NCBI RefSeq assembly: GCF_009914755.1 | Contig: NC_060932.1 | Strand: one strand, 5' to 3' | Origin: the human T2T-CHM13v2.0 reference genome, Homo sapiens | Length of the DNA stretch: 64,000 nucleotides | Shown: positions 1-14,349 of the stretch, in pieces | Layout: the number at the start of each line of letters is the position of its first letter | Numbering within the stretch: position 1 is the stretch's first letter | Made by a program: the position numbers and the translations under genes | Notes under the pieces: generated by a model | Seen by the model: only the letters and a program-made list of their open reading frames with translations | Database searches by the model: none | What the model was told of the DNA's origin: nothing

Positions 1-397
1 AGTAGAGAAGCTTTTGTATACAGCAGATATGAGAGGCAGGAGGTACATCCACTGGACTGTCCACCACCGTTGTCCCAATACCACCGTGAGAGGTGCCCAT
101 CCCTGGCCAAAATCACCAAACTTGTTCCCTGCAAAGAACCAAGTCTCCTGGGCCAGCCCTGTGCAGAGCTCTTCAGCAAGTTTCAGAGATTAAAGTGATT
201 CAGTTAAAGGTTCAGAGCTACAAAACAATTTATTTGGTCTAAGATTGGATCTTTGGGATTGAATTCTCCATCAATTTCCACATCTCTTTTATTCCTTCTT
301 TTTGCCTCATAAGGGGCTTGTCCTTTTTAATTACACAGGTGCTTCTTCTTCTTTCTTATTTCCTTCCTCAGAGCTCCCTGCAGAGATTTTGCCACAG

Positions 398-475
398 TTG
401 ATTGATAAGAAGATATTGATTCCAAGGTCAGAGTTCAGAAATATTCTTATAAATGAATCATCTTGTTAATAAAGG
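398..475 (+). promoter_or_regulatory. Candidate endoderm/liver-type promoter or enhancer motif cluster
   Basis: TGATAAG (GATA, 403-409), TATTGATT (ONECUT/HNF6, 414-421), CCAAGGTCA (NR5A, 422-430) overlapping DR1 AGGTCA-G-AGTTCA (425-437), TATAAA (448-453) and GTTAAT (465-470), all in unique sequence. Motif evidence only. Confidence 0.45.
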
Positions 476-642
476 GTCACCCAAAAAGTTCGAGGATACA
501 GATGTTGCTGAAATCAGAGCTCTCAGCAATTGTAGCAAGAGAGATAAAATGGCCCAATGTCCCCTGCTCAAGAAAGTAAATTAAAGGAAAGGAGAGATAG
601 AATCAAAATTACCATTTATCAAGCGTCTATAATATGGATGCA

Positions 643-840
643 AGAGTCCTGTTTCTACAATACAAACCTTATGACCTTGGGCGAGCTTCTTACCATCCCC
701 AAATCTTAGCTTCTTCAACTGTAAAGTGGTATCATTAACATCTTCAAAGGCTGTTGTCAGGATTAAATGATGTATGTAAAGTGCTTTGCACAGCTGCTGT
801 CACATAATAAACAATATAGAAATGGTCGTTGTTAACTAGC
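643..840 (+). mobile_element. MIR SINE
   Basis: TGACCTTGGGCGAG...CTGTAAAGTGG...GTTGTCAGGATTAAATGA...ATGTAAAGTGCTT matches the MIR core and 3' end. Confidence 0.8.
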
Positions 841-2192
841 ATTATTGGAATTATTTGTGCTTTTGTTTAACCATCACCAGTATCCTAAGTGATAGGCATC
901 AACTAGAATTCTAGGTTGGAAAATCATAAAGCAAAGATATTACACAACTCTTGCTTGTTGCTAGTGCAACAGTGTTTCTCTTTATGATTTACATATGAAA
1001 AACAGACCAAGTGATGGCTATTAGAAAAGGGAGGGATGTAGAAAAATAAAGCCAGCTGAGGGGCAGAACTTGTGCATTTTGCAACCATCCTCAGTTTAAT
1101 GTTTGGCATTCAATCCTCATTACTGACTATGTATGGCTTCACAATAAATCAAGAGTGTGCTATATGAGAAAATGAAGATTTATACAAAGCGAAATTGAAC
1201 AAATGGTGAATAATTGATTTAGCTGACCTGACAACACCCACTTATAAATAACACAGAATGTTTTACTTTGGCAGTAATTTAGTTTTCTGGGCATCCTGGC
1301 TTCTAGCAATTCTCTATAGCGGCCCAGTGCTTTCTGACTTTCCCATACAGAAGAAAAAAAAACTTAGATCATGAGCTCTGTCCTCCCAGTATCACCCTGG
1401 CATGATCTATAGCAAGTATGGTTCACATTAGACATTCCCTGAAGAATGTACCGATCCTTTATTTAGTCCTCTGATTTAAGAATATAGTTTGGCCTCTACA
1501 TAGCAAAACTTGAGACATATTTAGTTAGCTTTAAGAATTACAGTGTTTACCAGTCTTATAATACAGTCTTAAGAAAAAAGTAAAATAAACAACATAACTA
1601 TAAAATAAACCATATTGTGTCATTGTTTAAAATGCCTTTGCTGGCCTCTGGATATAATACATTTCATCTTAGAGCACATTAGTGTAGGAAGCATTTATTT
1701 CCAAGTTTATTATCCCAAAGAATGGTATAGATGAATATACAAATCCTTGGGCATATCCACACCAAAGGCTATATGAATTCAGAGATGGCTTACTAAACAA
1801 GATACAGAAGCAAATGAGGACATTTTGGCAGACATCTTTGTAGCATTCCAGAATCATAGAATATTAGGATTGAAAGTGTCCTGAAGAGATTATTCTGTTT
1901 AACCTCTTGATTATAGGCTCAGTTTCATTCAATAAACATACAGCGAACTTCTGGAATGTGACAGGGATTAGGCTGGGATTAGGTGATGGGTATGTTTAGG
2001 GAGGGGAAATGAAAAGGAAAAAAAAAGGCAAAGTGTCTGGCATAAAAGAATTTCTATGCTACTAGATGCAAAATTTGGGTACACATGGACTGAGGCAAGT
2101 ACCATGAGGTTAGTGTGAATAAAGTAGTAAAGAAACAGTTGAAGGGGAGACAACTTATTCATATTTTTAGCTTGGCCAGCACAATATCATTC

Positions 2193-2498
2193 TTTTTTTT
2201 TGTTCCAAGGCAGCATCTTGCTCTGTTACTCAGGCTGGAGAGCAGTGGAACAATCACAACTCTCTGCAGCCTTGACCTCCTGGGTTCAAGTGATCGTCCT
2301 ACCTCAACCTCTCAAGTAGCTAGGATCACAGGTATACATCCCCAAGCCCAGTTAATTATTTTTTATTAAAAAAATTTTTGAATGGATGAGGTATCACTAT
2401 GTTCCCCAGGTTGGTCTCTAGCTTCCAGGCTCAAGTGATCCACCTGCCTTGGCCTACCAAAGTGCTGGGGTTACAAGGATGAACCATCTCATTCAGCC
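2193..2498 (-). mobile_element. AluJ
   Basis: Diverged dimeric Alu in antisense; TSD AATATCATTCTT at 2183-2194 and 2499-2510. Confidence 0.92.
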
Positions 2499-2529
2499 AA
2501 TATCATTCTTACATGAGCTTCACTTTACT

Positions 2530-2650
2530 TCACTCATTCATCAAAAATCTATTGACCATCTTCTATTAGCCAAAATACTGTGCCTGAGTACTTGGGGATG
2601 CTGAATGCAGTAGTCATGATCTAGCTTTATCATGAGTCTAAAGTCTAACA
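2530..2650 (-). mobile_element. L2 3' fragment
   Basis: CATTCATCAAAAATCTATTGACCATC...CCAAAATACTGTGCC resembles the antisense L2 tail. Confidence 0.55.
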
Positions 2651-2814
2651 AAGAAGGTTGATATTTGGATAGGAAATTGTGGTGTTGTGAGTATTCGGAA
2701 ATATTGTGTTCCCTGCTCAGATAGACCTGTATGTAACTGGCCTGAAATACTGTAGGAAAACACAACCCAAACAGGCCAGAGAATTATTCTCTGTTTTTGG
2801 TCCCTCCTACTTAA

Positions 2815-3189
<375 letters not shown>

Positions 3190-3289
3190 ATAGACTTCAA
3201 ATAAATATGAGTTGTGCGGAATTTTGCTTGGCAAAATATATAACTGGTAAACTGAAGAGATCATTGTAATTTCTTGCTACAATTTCGTG

Positions 3290-3440
3290 CAGTGGAATAC
3301 TTTCCGGCCTGCAAATCAGGGGTTCTGAATTCAAGTTTCAGCTCTGCCATGGAAGTAGGTGTGTATCCATACTGGTAGGGTCTTAATTATATTGAACCTT
3401 GGTTTTCTTGGATGTGAAGTGAGGAAGTTACTCCTGCTAA
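3290..3440 (+). mobile_element. MIR fragment
   Basis: CTGAATTCAAGTTTCAGCTCTGCCA...GAACCTTGGTTTTCTT resembles the MIR core. Confidence 0.55.
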
Positions 3441-3763
3441 ACTCTAAGTCTGTTCTTCTTTTGACAAACTCATGACACGGGAAGGCTCTTTGGCCCTGTC
3501 ACACAATTAAGCTGGAATATATTTCTAATATATGCTTCAGAAAGAGAGCCAGTTGTATTGCCTACAGGTGTCACATTACTGATATTCTGTTAACATTGAT
3601 AATGCATCAACTCCCAATTTTTTGTTTTTATGTGTTTGAACAACCAACATTTGAAAGGCAAATCTTCCAACAAATCATATCCTAAAGTTATTTTTAATTA
3701 CCAGTGAGAAAATGATTGCAGCAGTCTGCATGGGCTTTGTGCATGGGTTTGTCATTTGGGGTT

Positions 3764-3925
3764 GTGTGACATTAAGGATCTTTATAACCCTGGATCTCAG
3801 TTTTCTTGTCTTAAAAACAGGACTGATTATAGTGTCTGCCTCATTGGGCTATTTAGCATAAATAAGACGTGTAGTGTAACCATGGTGTCTGGCAGATGGT
3901 AAATTCTTAATGATTATAGCTCCTA
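3764..3925 (+). mobile_element. MIR fragment
   Basis: TGTGTGAC...TCTCAGTTTTCTTGTC...GTGTCTGCCTCATTGGG...GTGTCTGGCAGATGGTAAA. Confidence 0.65.
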
Positions 3926-5206
3926 TTGATGTGGGCTTTCCAGCTGACAGTGTTGTACCCTCTCTTGAGTTCCTTTTTTATTGGATTGATTTCTACTCAC
4001 ATAGGTGGAGAATGGTAAGCCTGGGACTTGAACCCAGGCAGATATTGGAGACTGTACTCCACTCACTTCACTGTCTCTCTGATTACTTTTAAAAGTTGAT
4101 GACTTTTAAACATTAAGACTCATTGACAACAAAATAAAATTTAAGAAAAAAGCTTATTAAGAAAAGACCTATTGATAATATGAGTCTTTGAAACTCTTTT
4201 CCTGGTGGACTTTATATACCTGTAAAGGACTTTATATACCTTTATAAAGGTATACACTTTATATACATTATATTGTTAACTCTTATTCCACCCATTAATA
4301 TTAGAAATATAACAATTCTTTTGCTTTGTCTTAGGACCAGAGTTATAGTCCAATTAAGTTTTAGTCATGATAGGACATTAGAATTTCAAAGTACATTTGA
4401 GAAACATCATTAAAAAGGATACATTTTGGAAAGCTTTTCTATACCTGAAAGTACTGAGTCCTCATCTTTTATGTATTAACTAATTAGTGTATATCAGAGG
4501 TCTCTGATTTCTTGTTTGCATAAAAACTAACTAGCTTTTTGATTTAGAGGAGTGAGTTATTTGAAGAGTATGATGGTGAAACAATAATAGAAGCTAGTGT
4601 TTGTTGAACACATGTACCAGGCACTTTTATAGTTTATTGTATATATTATAGATATTTTACTTTACACATTTTATTACTATTTTTATAATAATCTTGCAAA
4701 CCAGATATCATTATATCCATTTGACTGATTGTCCAGATTGAAATCAAGATGAACCCATCTCCAGAGCTCAGCAACTTTCACTTCCACTTTGCCAGCCCAG
4801 AGTGGAAGGGAATGATGTTTACAGGAGCAATGGAAAGGAGCAGCCTTGCTCCAACTGGCTAAAAAAGTGTGTGTGTGTACTTGTATCGGTATGTGATTAT
4901 TTTTGTGAACTAGGATATTGTATACATTCAGAAGATAATACTATTAAAATGAAACAGGTCATGAGACTTTTTGCAAAAAAAAATTTATATAAAGAATAAC
5001 TATTCCATTATAATTAATTTGGGAAATCTTCATTTTGATCTAACAGGTGAATTTAAATGAGCTAGATGCACATTCTGCTTTTACTCATGACAACCGTGAT
5101 GGTGTCTCTGATTTTGCCTAGCAGGGGTGTGATCAGACGAATGAGCATACAAATATTGTGAAAGAAAGACTGGCTGTTAAAAGTATAACAACTTACATTC
5201 ATGTAG

Positions 5207-5533
<327 letters not shown>

Positions 5534-6389
5534 TAACTTTAGTAATCTTACTATTTCAGCTTCACAAGGGCACTGTGAAGAAGTCATCTTTTCATTGTCC
5601 CTATTTAATAGATAAGCAAATGAATTTTAAGAGAACTTGAGAGCTTGCCAGACTTCAAACAACAAGACACAGAATTAGGACTTAAGCCTTAATCTTTTGG
5701 TGCCAAAAACAATGTTTCATCTAGCCTACACTGTGTTTTGGTGGAGTAGGTTGAGGAGAGGGTCTCCAAGAGTGTTTGGCAGCAATAACCAGCACAGGCA
5801 ATTATTTGCATAGCAATAATAAGCACAGATTGGTATTCCTTTGATGTTGTCAATTTTTAATCAAGTACTTAGGGTCACTTGAAAACAAAATTTAAACTAC
5901 CAGATGTATCCCTTGCAGTTCACGATCTGATGTTTTTGCTATTGCGTTTAAAAAATTATTTCATAAAGTTTACAAGTAAATGAAATTTATGCAAAAGTCA
6001 TTGAGCATATATTATTCTCAATGGAGCTCTCATTTTAGAAGGATGAAGATAAATGTATGAATCATTATAATAGATTTGTCATGTTTTAGAATATTTACTA
6101 TGGATGTTGTGGGAGAATGGATGACTTCCTTCCTCTTGAGGCTGGTATTAAAGGTAACCTTTATGCAGCTGATGATATTTAAATTGGGTCTTAAGTTGGA
6201 AAAATCTGTAGGCATTCACCAGAAATGCTTAGGGAAAACTGAATTCAGGTTGAGAAAAAAAGCATTTGAATAACATGAAACTGTGAAAAATCAAGGGATT
6301 TTTTTAAAAATAGCAAATAGTAAACAATTCAATGTGTCTGAAACATAGAAAATAAATAGGAAATGTATGTAGACAAAATTGAACAAGAA

Positions 6390-6635
6390 ATTTGGTATTT
6401 AATTGTGAGGAGCCTAGTCTGTCTTGCTGAAGAGTGTAGAGAATATCCTATGAGCACTGGGAGGCCATTGAAAATGTTCAAAAAAGAAGTGGGATGACCA
6501 GATGGGAGCAGGAGAAATATTTCATTGGCAGCAATGTGGAGAATGCATGAATAGGCTGAAAGCAAACAAGGGCTGATGCAGTAATCCTGTCAAGAGATGG
6601 GAAGACCTGGGGCAGTGGCAGGGGAGACAGAGAAT
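6390..6635 (-). mobile_element. L2 fragment
   Basis: CACTGGGAGGCCATTGAAAATG...GGCAGCAATGTGGAGAATG...GCAGTAATCC is typical antisense L2 body sequence. Confidence 0.65.
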
Positions 6636-6753
6636 ACGCCCCCAAAGAGAAACCTAGCTTTGTGGGAATGTTTTCGAATAGCTTTTGTAGATAGGATTTG
6701 TAGCTTCCATCTCACACTCCATATGTCTTCCTCAGAAGAAGAGCTAAGAATAT

Positions 6754-6813
6754 TTCCTTCCTTCCTTCCTTCCTTCCTTCCTTCCTTCCTTCCTTCCTTC
6801 CTTCCTTCCTTCC
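6754..6813. repeat. (TTCC)15 / (GGAA)15 microsatellite
   Basis: 60 bp of pure TTCC directly abutting the tail of the adjacent Alu. Confidence 0.97.
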
Positions 6814-7102
<289 letters not shown>

Positions 7103-7619
7103 TGATTTATTTTTTAAAAAATACAAAAGAAACCAGCCCTCACTATAACCAGTGAAGCAGTTTGAAGCTATGAAAAGAATAGCTAATAATGTTCCCCCAC
7201 ACTATCCTTTTCCCCCAGGAAACCAATATTAACAGCTTGATGGGTATCTCTGCATCTGTTTTCAATGTTCTTGCAAAACATATGGACATATGTTTTTGGT
7301 GTTTTTTATTAGAAACATCAAATTCATACATAATTGTCTATGATTTACTTAATTTCTTTATTAAATATCTCACTTTTAGAACACATTATGGACATCCCTT
7401 GAGGGTAACAGATAGAAATAAAACTCACCTTTTTAGATAGCTGAATAATATTCCTTGCATGGATATGCCACAATTTGTGCAGTCTTTTTCTTATTTGTGT
7501 ATTAGGCTTGTGTCTTTTTTTCTCACTAGAAACTATTAAATGATATTTACATATTTTTAATTATATTATCTAAATAATGGCTACAGAAGTTTTAAAATAA
7601 TCATTTTGCATTTTTTACA

Positions 7620-7765
7620 CCTTGAAAGGACCTTACACATGTCAACCAACCTCCTAATTTACAGATGAGGAATCAGAAGTATTGAACAAGGCAGCGAAGC
7701 ACTCAATGTCACATAAATAGTTTGGTAGTTCCTCTGGAGCCAGAATCCAGTTTCCTGAGAGCAAA
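7620..7765 (-). mobile_element. MIR/MIR3 fragment
   Basis: TTTACAGATGAGGAATCAGAAG...AATGTCACATAAATAG...GCCAGAATCCAG. Confidence 0.65.
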
Positions 7766-8367
7766 CTAGCCCTGTTTTCACAGGGGAGGTATTTATAGGG
7801 AACAGAGATTTCGATTCCTAAATGGCTGGGGATCTGTAATCACAAGGAATCCACATTTAGAACTGTTCTTCCAGGCCTGATTTTAATCACAAGTCTACCC
7901 TTCTTTTAGCAAACAAAGCCTCCTTTGCCAAAGCCAGGGCTAAACTCACTCCAGCCTTCTGGTCTGAGGAAGTGCACTTTTATCAAGTGTGTGGGGTTTC
8001 CTGGTTGGGGGACAGAAGGCACCTCCTCTTCCCTTCCTTGCATAGATCCCTTTGACCTTTTAAACATCCTTGGAGGCCTTGTTTCACTTACTCTCTTATA
8101 TATACAGCCTCCAGGCTTCTAGGAATAGGTAGAACAACAACAACAAAAATACTCAGTGTTTCTATTCTGAAATGCTAAGTAGGAAAAGAGGCAGAAGACT
8201 GGTGACCTTTTCCTGTAGTTATTTCCAGACCTGTCTAATCTTTAGAATCATTCTGAGAGCTTATTTACAATACAGATTACTGATTTCAAGTATGACTTTC
8301 CAGGGGAGACACCAAAAAGAAGCAATATTTTAAAATACATTATTTTAAGTTTATTATTTAGAAACTC

Positions 8368-8500
8368 AGCCAGGCATGGTGGCTCATGCCTGTAAAACCA
8401 GCACTTTGGAAGGTAGAAGTGGAAGGATCACTTGAGGCCAGGAGTCCACGATCAGCCTGGGCAACATAGCAAGTCTCATCTGTATATTTAAAAAAAAATT
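8368..8500 (+). mobile_element. FLAM (left Alu monomer)
   Basis: GCCAGGCATGGTGGCTCATGCC...GGGCAACATAGCAAG then A-rich end; single monomer. Confidence 0.85.
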
Positions 8501-9639
8501 TAAGAAAGGAAAAAATTACACACATACTAGCATGCAATACATATATTTTTTTCTGAGTTCCCAAGTTTTTCAATGATTAGCACAGTTAGTGACCTGTGGA
8601 CTGAGTCTAATATTGCTGTTTTCTCAGTGAGAAAGTTGAGCTCTGGAAATGCTCTACACCTTGCCTGAAAACACACAACAATGGTCTTGTGGCAGAGCTG
8701 GGACTACTCCCAGTTTCTCAGGTCCCAGGGCAAAGTTCTTCCTTTCAATTGACAAACACAGATTTCTTTTAAAACAGAGAAGATGATTTATCTTTGTCAA
8801 AATGCCATTGTGAGAGGATGTAAGAAAAAAATACAAACTAGACAAGTGCTTAGGTTTTCACAGTGTTGGACAGAAGCAGCATTTCTGATCGGCCTGATTG
8901 GGGTGCAGGAAGGTACGTAGCCAGAAGCCCAGGGACGTACGGGGGCCACAGGGTCTCACCCGCCTATTGTATTTCAAAGGCTGGTGAACGGAGAAAGCTG
9001 TTGAGGTAGAGGTCATTTCCATTCATCTCTTAAGCATATGAAAGACATTTAGAGACTGAATGATTTTCAGTCCCTCTAGGTTTGGGAATTAAAGGTAAAT
9101 ATGGTGCGGAAAATGCCTTGGTCTGGCTTTAAAGGCTTGTGTGAAACGCTTCCCAAGGGGGGAGCTGTGGGTCACTAAGAGGTTGCTGCTCACTAATGCC
9201 CATGATTGGTTGATGATGTGCAGCTCCCTCTGAAGTGGCAATCAGTCAGAGTGACCACTGCCCTTTCGCTGCAATTATCAATGGTCCAGCAATTTCCCTC
9301 AATTTTAATCAATTTGGTTTCTGAATAGCTCTTTTCTTTATTTTAGACAAAAGAGGCAAGTGTTCTTGATCAGGATGCCCCCATGCTCCCTGGCAGCTCT
9401 TGTTTTCTTTAGGAAGCCGTTTAGAGACCCTGTCCACTATTAGGCTGTGTGGAAGACCTGAATCTCCTTTCATTAGAGCAAGATTCATTTTGGCTGACAT
9501 TCTAGCTGAGCCCAGCCCACTGTGATCAGCATGGTGACTGCTGGGGGTGCAGTGGAATGGGGAAAGTAAGAGAGAGGTGGGTATAGGGAGAGCTATGGCA
9601 TGAAAACAGACTTAAATGATTGGTACTATTGGTGTCTAT

Positions 9640-9796
9640 TAGGGTTGCCAGTTACAATAAAAGACTCAGATTTCAATTGAGGATAAATAACACTTTAATG
9701 TGGGACAAATTTACACTAAATTTTTTTCATTGAGTATCTAAAATTCCAATGTCATTCGGTGTCCTATATTTGTATTGGTTAGATGTGGCCACCTCA
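9640..9796. mobile_element. MER53 palindromic MITE
   Basis: Starts TAGGGTTGCCAG and ends ...AGATGTGGCCACCTC; internal TGGGACAAATTTACACTAAA and TATCTAAAATTCCAAT match the recalled MER53 consensus. Confidence 0.75.
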
Positions 9797-10134
9797 ATAT
9801 GAATAGTTACGGGTAGAGAAGCAAATAAGATCAAAGTCCATGAAACTAAAAAGCTGATGGGAAGTACAATAGTATCAGTGGTGACCTAGCACTTTCATTC
9901 ATTCATGAGTGCATTTGTGTATTTGAAGATTGATTGATTTAGTAAAGATTTATTGAATCTTGTTACATAGCCAGTATTTTGATGGGGGTATTAAGATGAA
10001 CAAAACAGGTAAGTGTGATTGAAGATGTGTGAACCAATGTTATGATGCAGTATGATAAGCCTTGATACAACAAATGTAGATACAAATATGGTTATTGGCG
10101 CTTGTGCTTTTTTCCATTCATCACACTAGAGGGA

Positions 10135-10492
10135 TGATATGATTTGGCTGTGTCCCCATCCAAATCTCATCTTGAATTGTAGCTCCCCATAATTTCCACA
10201 TGTCCTGTGAGGGACCTGGTGGGAGGTAATTGAATCATGGGGGTGGGTCTTTCTCCTGCTGTTCTCATGATAGTGAATAAGTCTCACAAGATCTGATGGT
10301 TTTATAAAAAAGAATTCCCCTACTCACGCTCTCTTATGTGCCACCATGTAAGACGTACCTTTGCTTCTCCTTTGCCTTTTGCTATGATTGTGAGGCCTCC
10401 CCAGCCACGTGGAACTGTGAGTCTATTAAACCTCTTTCCTTTATAAATTACCCAGTCTTGGGTATGTCTTTATTAGCAGCATGACTAACACA
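10135..10492 (+). mobile_element. THE1 (THE1B/C) solo LTR, ERVL-MaLR
   Basis: TGATATGATTTGGCTGTGTCCCC...ATTAAACCTC...CTAACACA; 5-bp TSD AGGGA/AGGGG. Confidence 0.93.
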
Positions 10493-10894
10493 AGGGGTAT
10501 GACGAACAATGGCTGAGAGCTCAAGCCAACAGTGCTTTAGAATATACCAATCTTTCTTTATCAGGAATCTTTCCCATTTCATCATCTTCTTCAGACCACA
10601 TTCAAGATAACTCTTCAGGAAGTAGGGTGAGAGGGTGAATATCAAATACCTCTATACTCTATTTGTAAAATAAATGTAAAACTGAAAACCATTCTAGGTA
10701 TACAAATTGGGTCATGACCTTCAGTATATTCCACAGGTGTGTAAGAAACAAACAAAGGAATATGTGATATTTCTACTTTAAGTTTTCTCTAGATAGAAGT
10801 CCCAAAGGCATCTTATTAAAATTAGTTTTTAAACTGGACCCAGACTGCTTGCTTGCCATTTTATTTTCTGCAAAATATTATACTACCTTTCTAG

Positions 10895-11315
<421 letters not shown>

Positions 11316-13069
11316 TCAATCTGATTTTAAAAGTGTTCAGTACCTATTAGTTGCTGCAGGCAATTCAGAGATGAACAAGGAACAGTTTGCTTATCTTGTT
11401 AAATAAATTTAGAGAGCAGTAATGGAGTTAAGAGAGTCCACTGGGGAGTCCTTGCTTCAGATGCTTGCCATGCTCCAGCTGCCTTCGTTGGGATTCCCAA
11501 ACAGACACAATCCACTCCCATAAGAAATCTCACTAGTGCCAAGTGTGAACCCAACATCTCGGCCATGGGTGATTGGAGTGTATGTTTGCTTGGAGTGGAT
11601 ATGTAACTCAAGGACAATCAGCCAGCAGACTGCAGGTGGCATAGAAAGACTGGCCAGTGGATACGGTGGTGACCACTGTGACCAGCAGATTTTCTCCCTT
11701 TGAAATAAGCAAACAGCAGTGAAGAAAAAGACAGAGGAGTGGTTGAGCTAGGGTGAAGAGTCCAGGCTCAGAGGCCCCACAGGAGAGGCACAGGCACGGG
11801 CAAGGCTGTTTGACTGACCAGGTGTGCACACTGTCTATGCGAACAATGGCCTTGGGATCTGTACAATAAGCTTGCTGGGATCACAAGTAACCTTCTGGTT
11901 CCCGAAAGTGTTTCCATCCCTCTGAAGCCTAGAGGTGTGAACATCTCTATCCTTCCTGGAGGCCTGACTGTGGAGATGCTCTGGGTTCCCATGAGACATG
12001 GTTGAGCTCCCTGCTTTTCTTAAGGCCATACCTTTTCTTACAACAACGTTGTATGATCTTAGGTAATCCAAGAGTGGCCTGTGCTTCTTACAAGCAAAAG
12101 GTCAGACTCACAAACCCAAGCCCAATAAGATTATTACGTCATAAGGCAATGTAAGACGTCTGCTTAGAGCACAAGGTAAAGAATCTGAGAAATACAGTGG
12201 AGTGGAAGGCCAGTTTCTGCTGGGAGACTTAGACACAGCCTCATTAAAGATGCAGCATCTGAAATGGGCTCTAAAAGAGGGGTCAAGAGTTTTCTAGCAA
12301 GTACCTCCTAGGAAAGTAAATAAAACCATATGCTTGTAATAAAAGCATTCCTCTGCCCGCAGAGTTGAAATCAGATGTTCAGATTTCGACTCACTAAAAC
12401 ACGTGCATGTGCATGCACGCATACACACACACACCTGGCACTTACCCATCCCATATCTCCATTATGAAACACCTTCATGTCTTTTCATTTGCTCCCTGCA
12501 GAGAAAAGATATGAAGGAGAAAGGAAGCTAAGAAAACAATCAGATAGATGGTGATTGAGCTAATATCTCACCTTGTCCCAGGTGCTTATGTTACCACATT
12601 GAAAACTCACAAAAATTCGCTAATATCATGCTCCCTTTTTATAGGTGAGTTAACTGAATCAGAATAGATGCGTGATTTGCCCAACATCACACAAACATTA
12701 AAGATATGAGTTTCTTCCTTTTTAACTAAAAAAGGTAAAGTAAAAACAAAAAAAGCAAAACTTAAAAATTCAAGTATTATCATATAAAACCTGTTCTCAA
12801 ACCACCACTCCCGCCACCTGCCTTTATGCCCTGGACCCAGGTCCTCTGACTGCTTCTTGGTGGCTTAGGACCCACCAGAGCCACACTTTACTCAGACTAA
12901 GACTTCCTTCTAATAACCCAGGATCTATGACAATTTTGACTCTCAACCCCATCTTAAAACTTACCTGCCCTATGCTTCATTCCCTGAGATTATTGCCAAA
13001 AAATTGATTGTGAATAAGAAAATCAAACACTGAGATATTAATAAATGATGATCAAAGTATAATCCTTTC

Positions 13070-13830
<761 letters not shown>

Positions 13831-14349
13831 CTTCTTGAGACTGTATTGCATTTTATCCTGTTTGATAACTCAGCATATCCCTAAGAGTGAAATTCACCTT
13901 ATCAGTCCAATAGTTTGTTGTTTAAAAAAAAAAAAAAAAAAAAAAAGGTCTGGCAGATACTCATTGGAGTCCAGCACTCAAAGTGCTCCTGAGTCCAGCC
14001 CTAATTCTTTTCCTCAGAAACTACTATTCATTTCTCTTCAGCTTTTTCTTATAAATACTGGGACCCCCAAATACCAGATTCAAAGAGAACAATAAAATTT
14101 TCTGAGCCTGTCACATAGTCCAGCTTTATATACAGCACCCTTTTTTAAAAAAAGTGAAATTAGTATTTGTGGACTTACTATGAGTTTAAGCTATATTTTG
14201 AATCTGCTATAGTCATAGGTTGACTAATCAATGTTTATTTTCTCAACAACTGTGGCCTTTTGTAGCCTTTCTTCAGTGGTATAAAGGTACTGCCCCATAC
14301 CAGCTTGCAAAAGTTGATAAATTCTTAGAAAATTTGTGACTGGTTGACT

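Noticed and set aside
1-198. Open frames at the window edge (+1 SREAFVYSRYERQEVHP...FQRLK*, +2, and minus MGTSHGGIGTTVVDSP...)
   Set aside because: Several frames are open at once and none resembles a protein I recognise. Upstream context is missing, so a CDS cannot be supported without a BLAST search.
10001-10014. Perfect donor CAG|GTAAGT
   Set aside because: It lies in L2-like sequence with no convincing acceptor at exon distance upstream.
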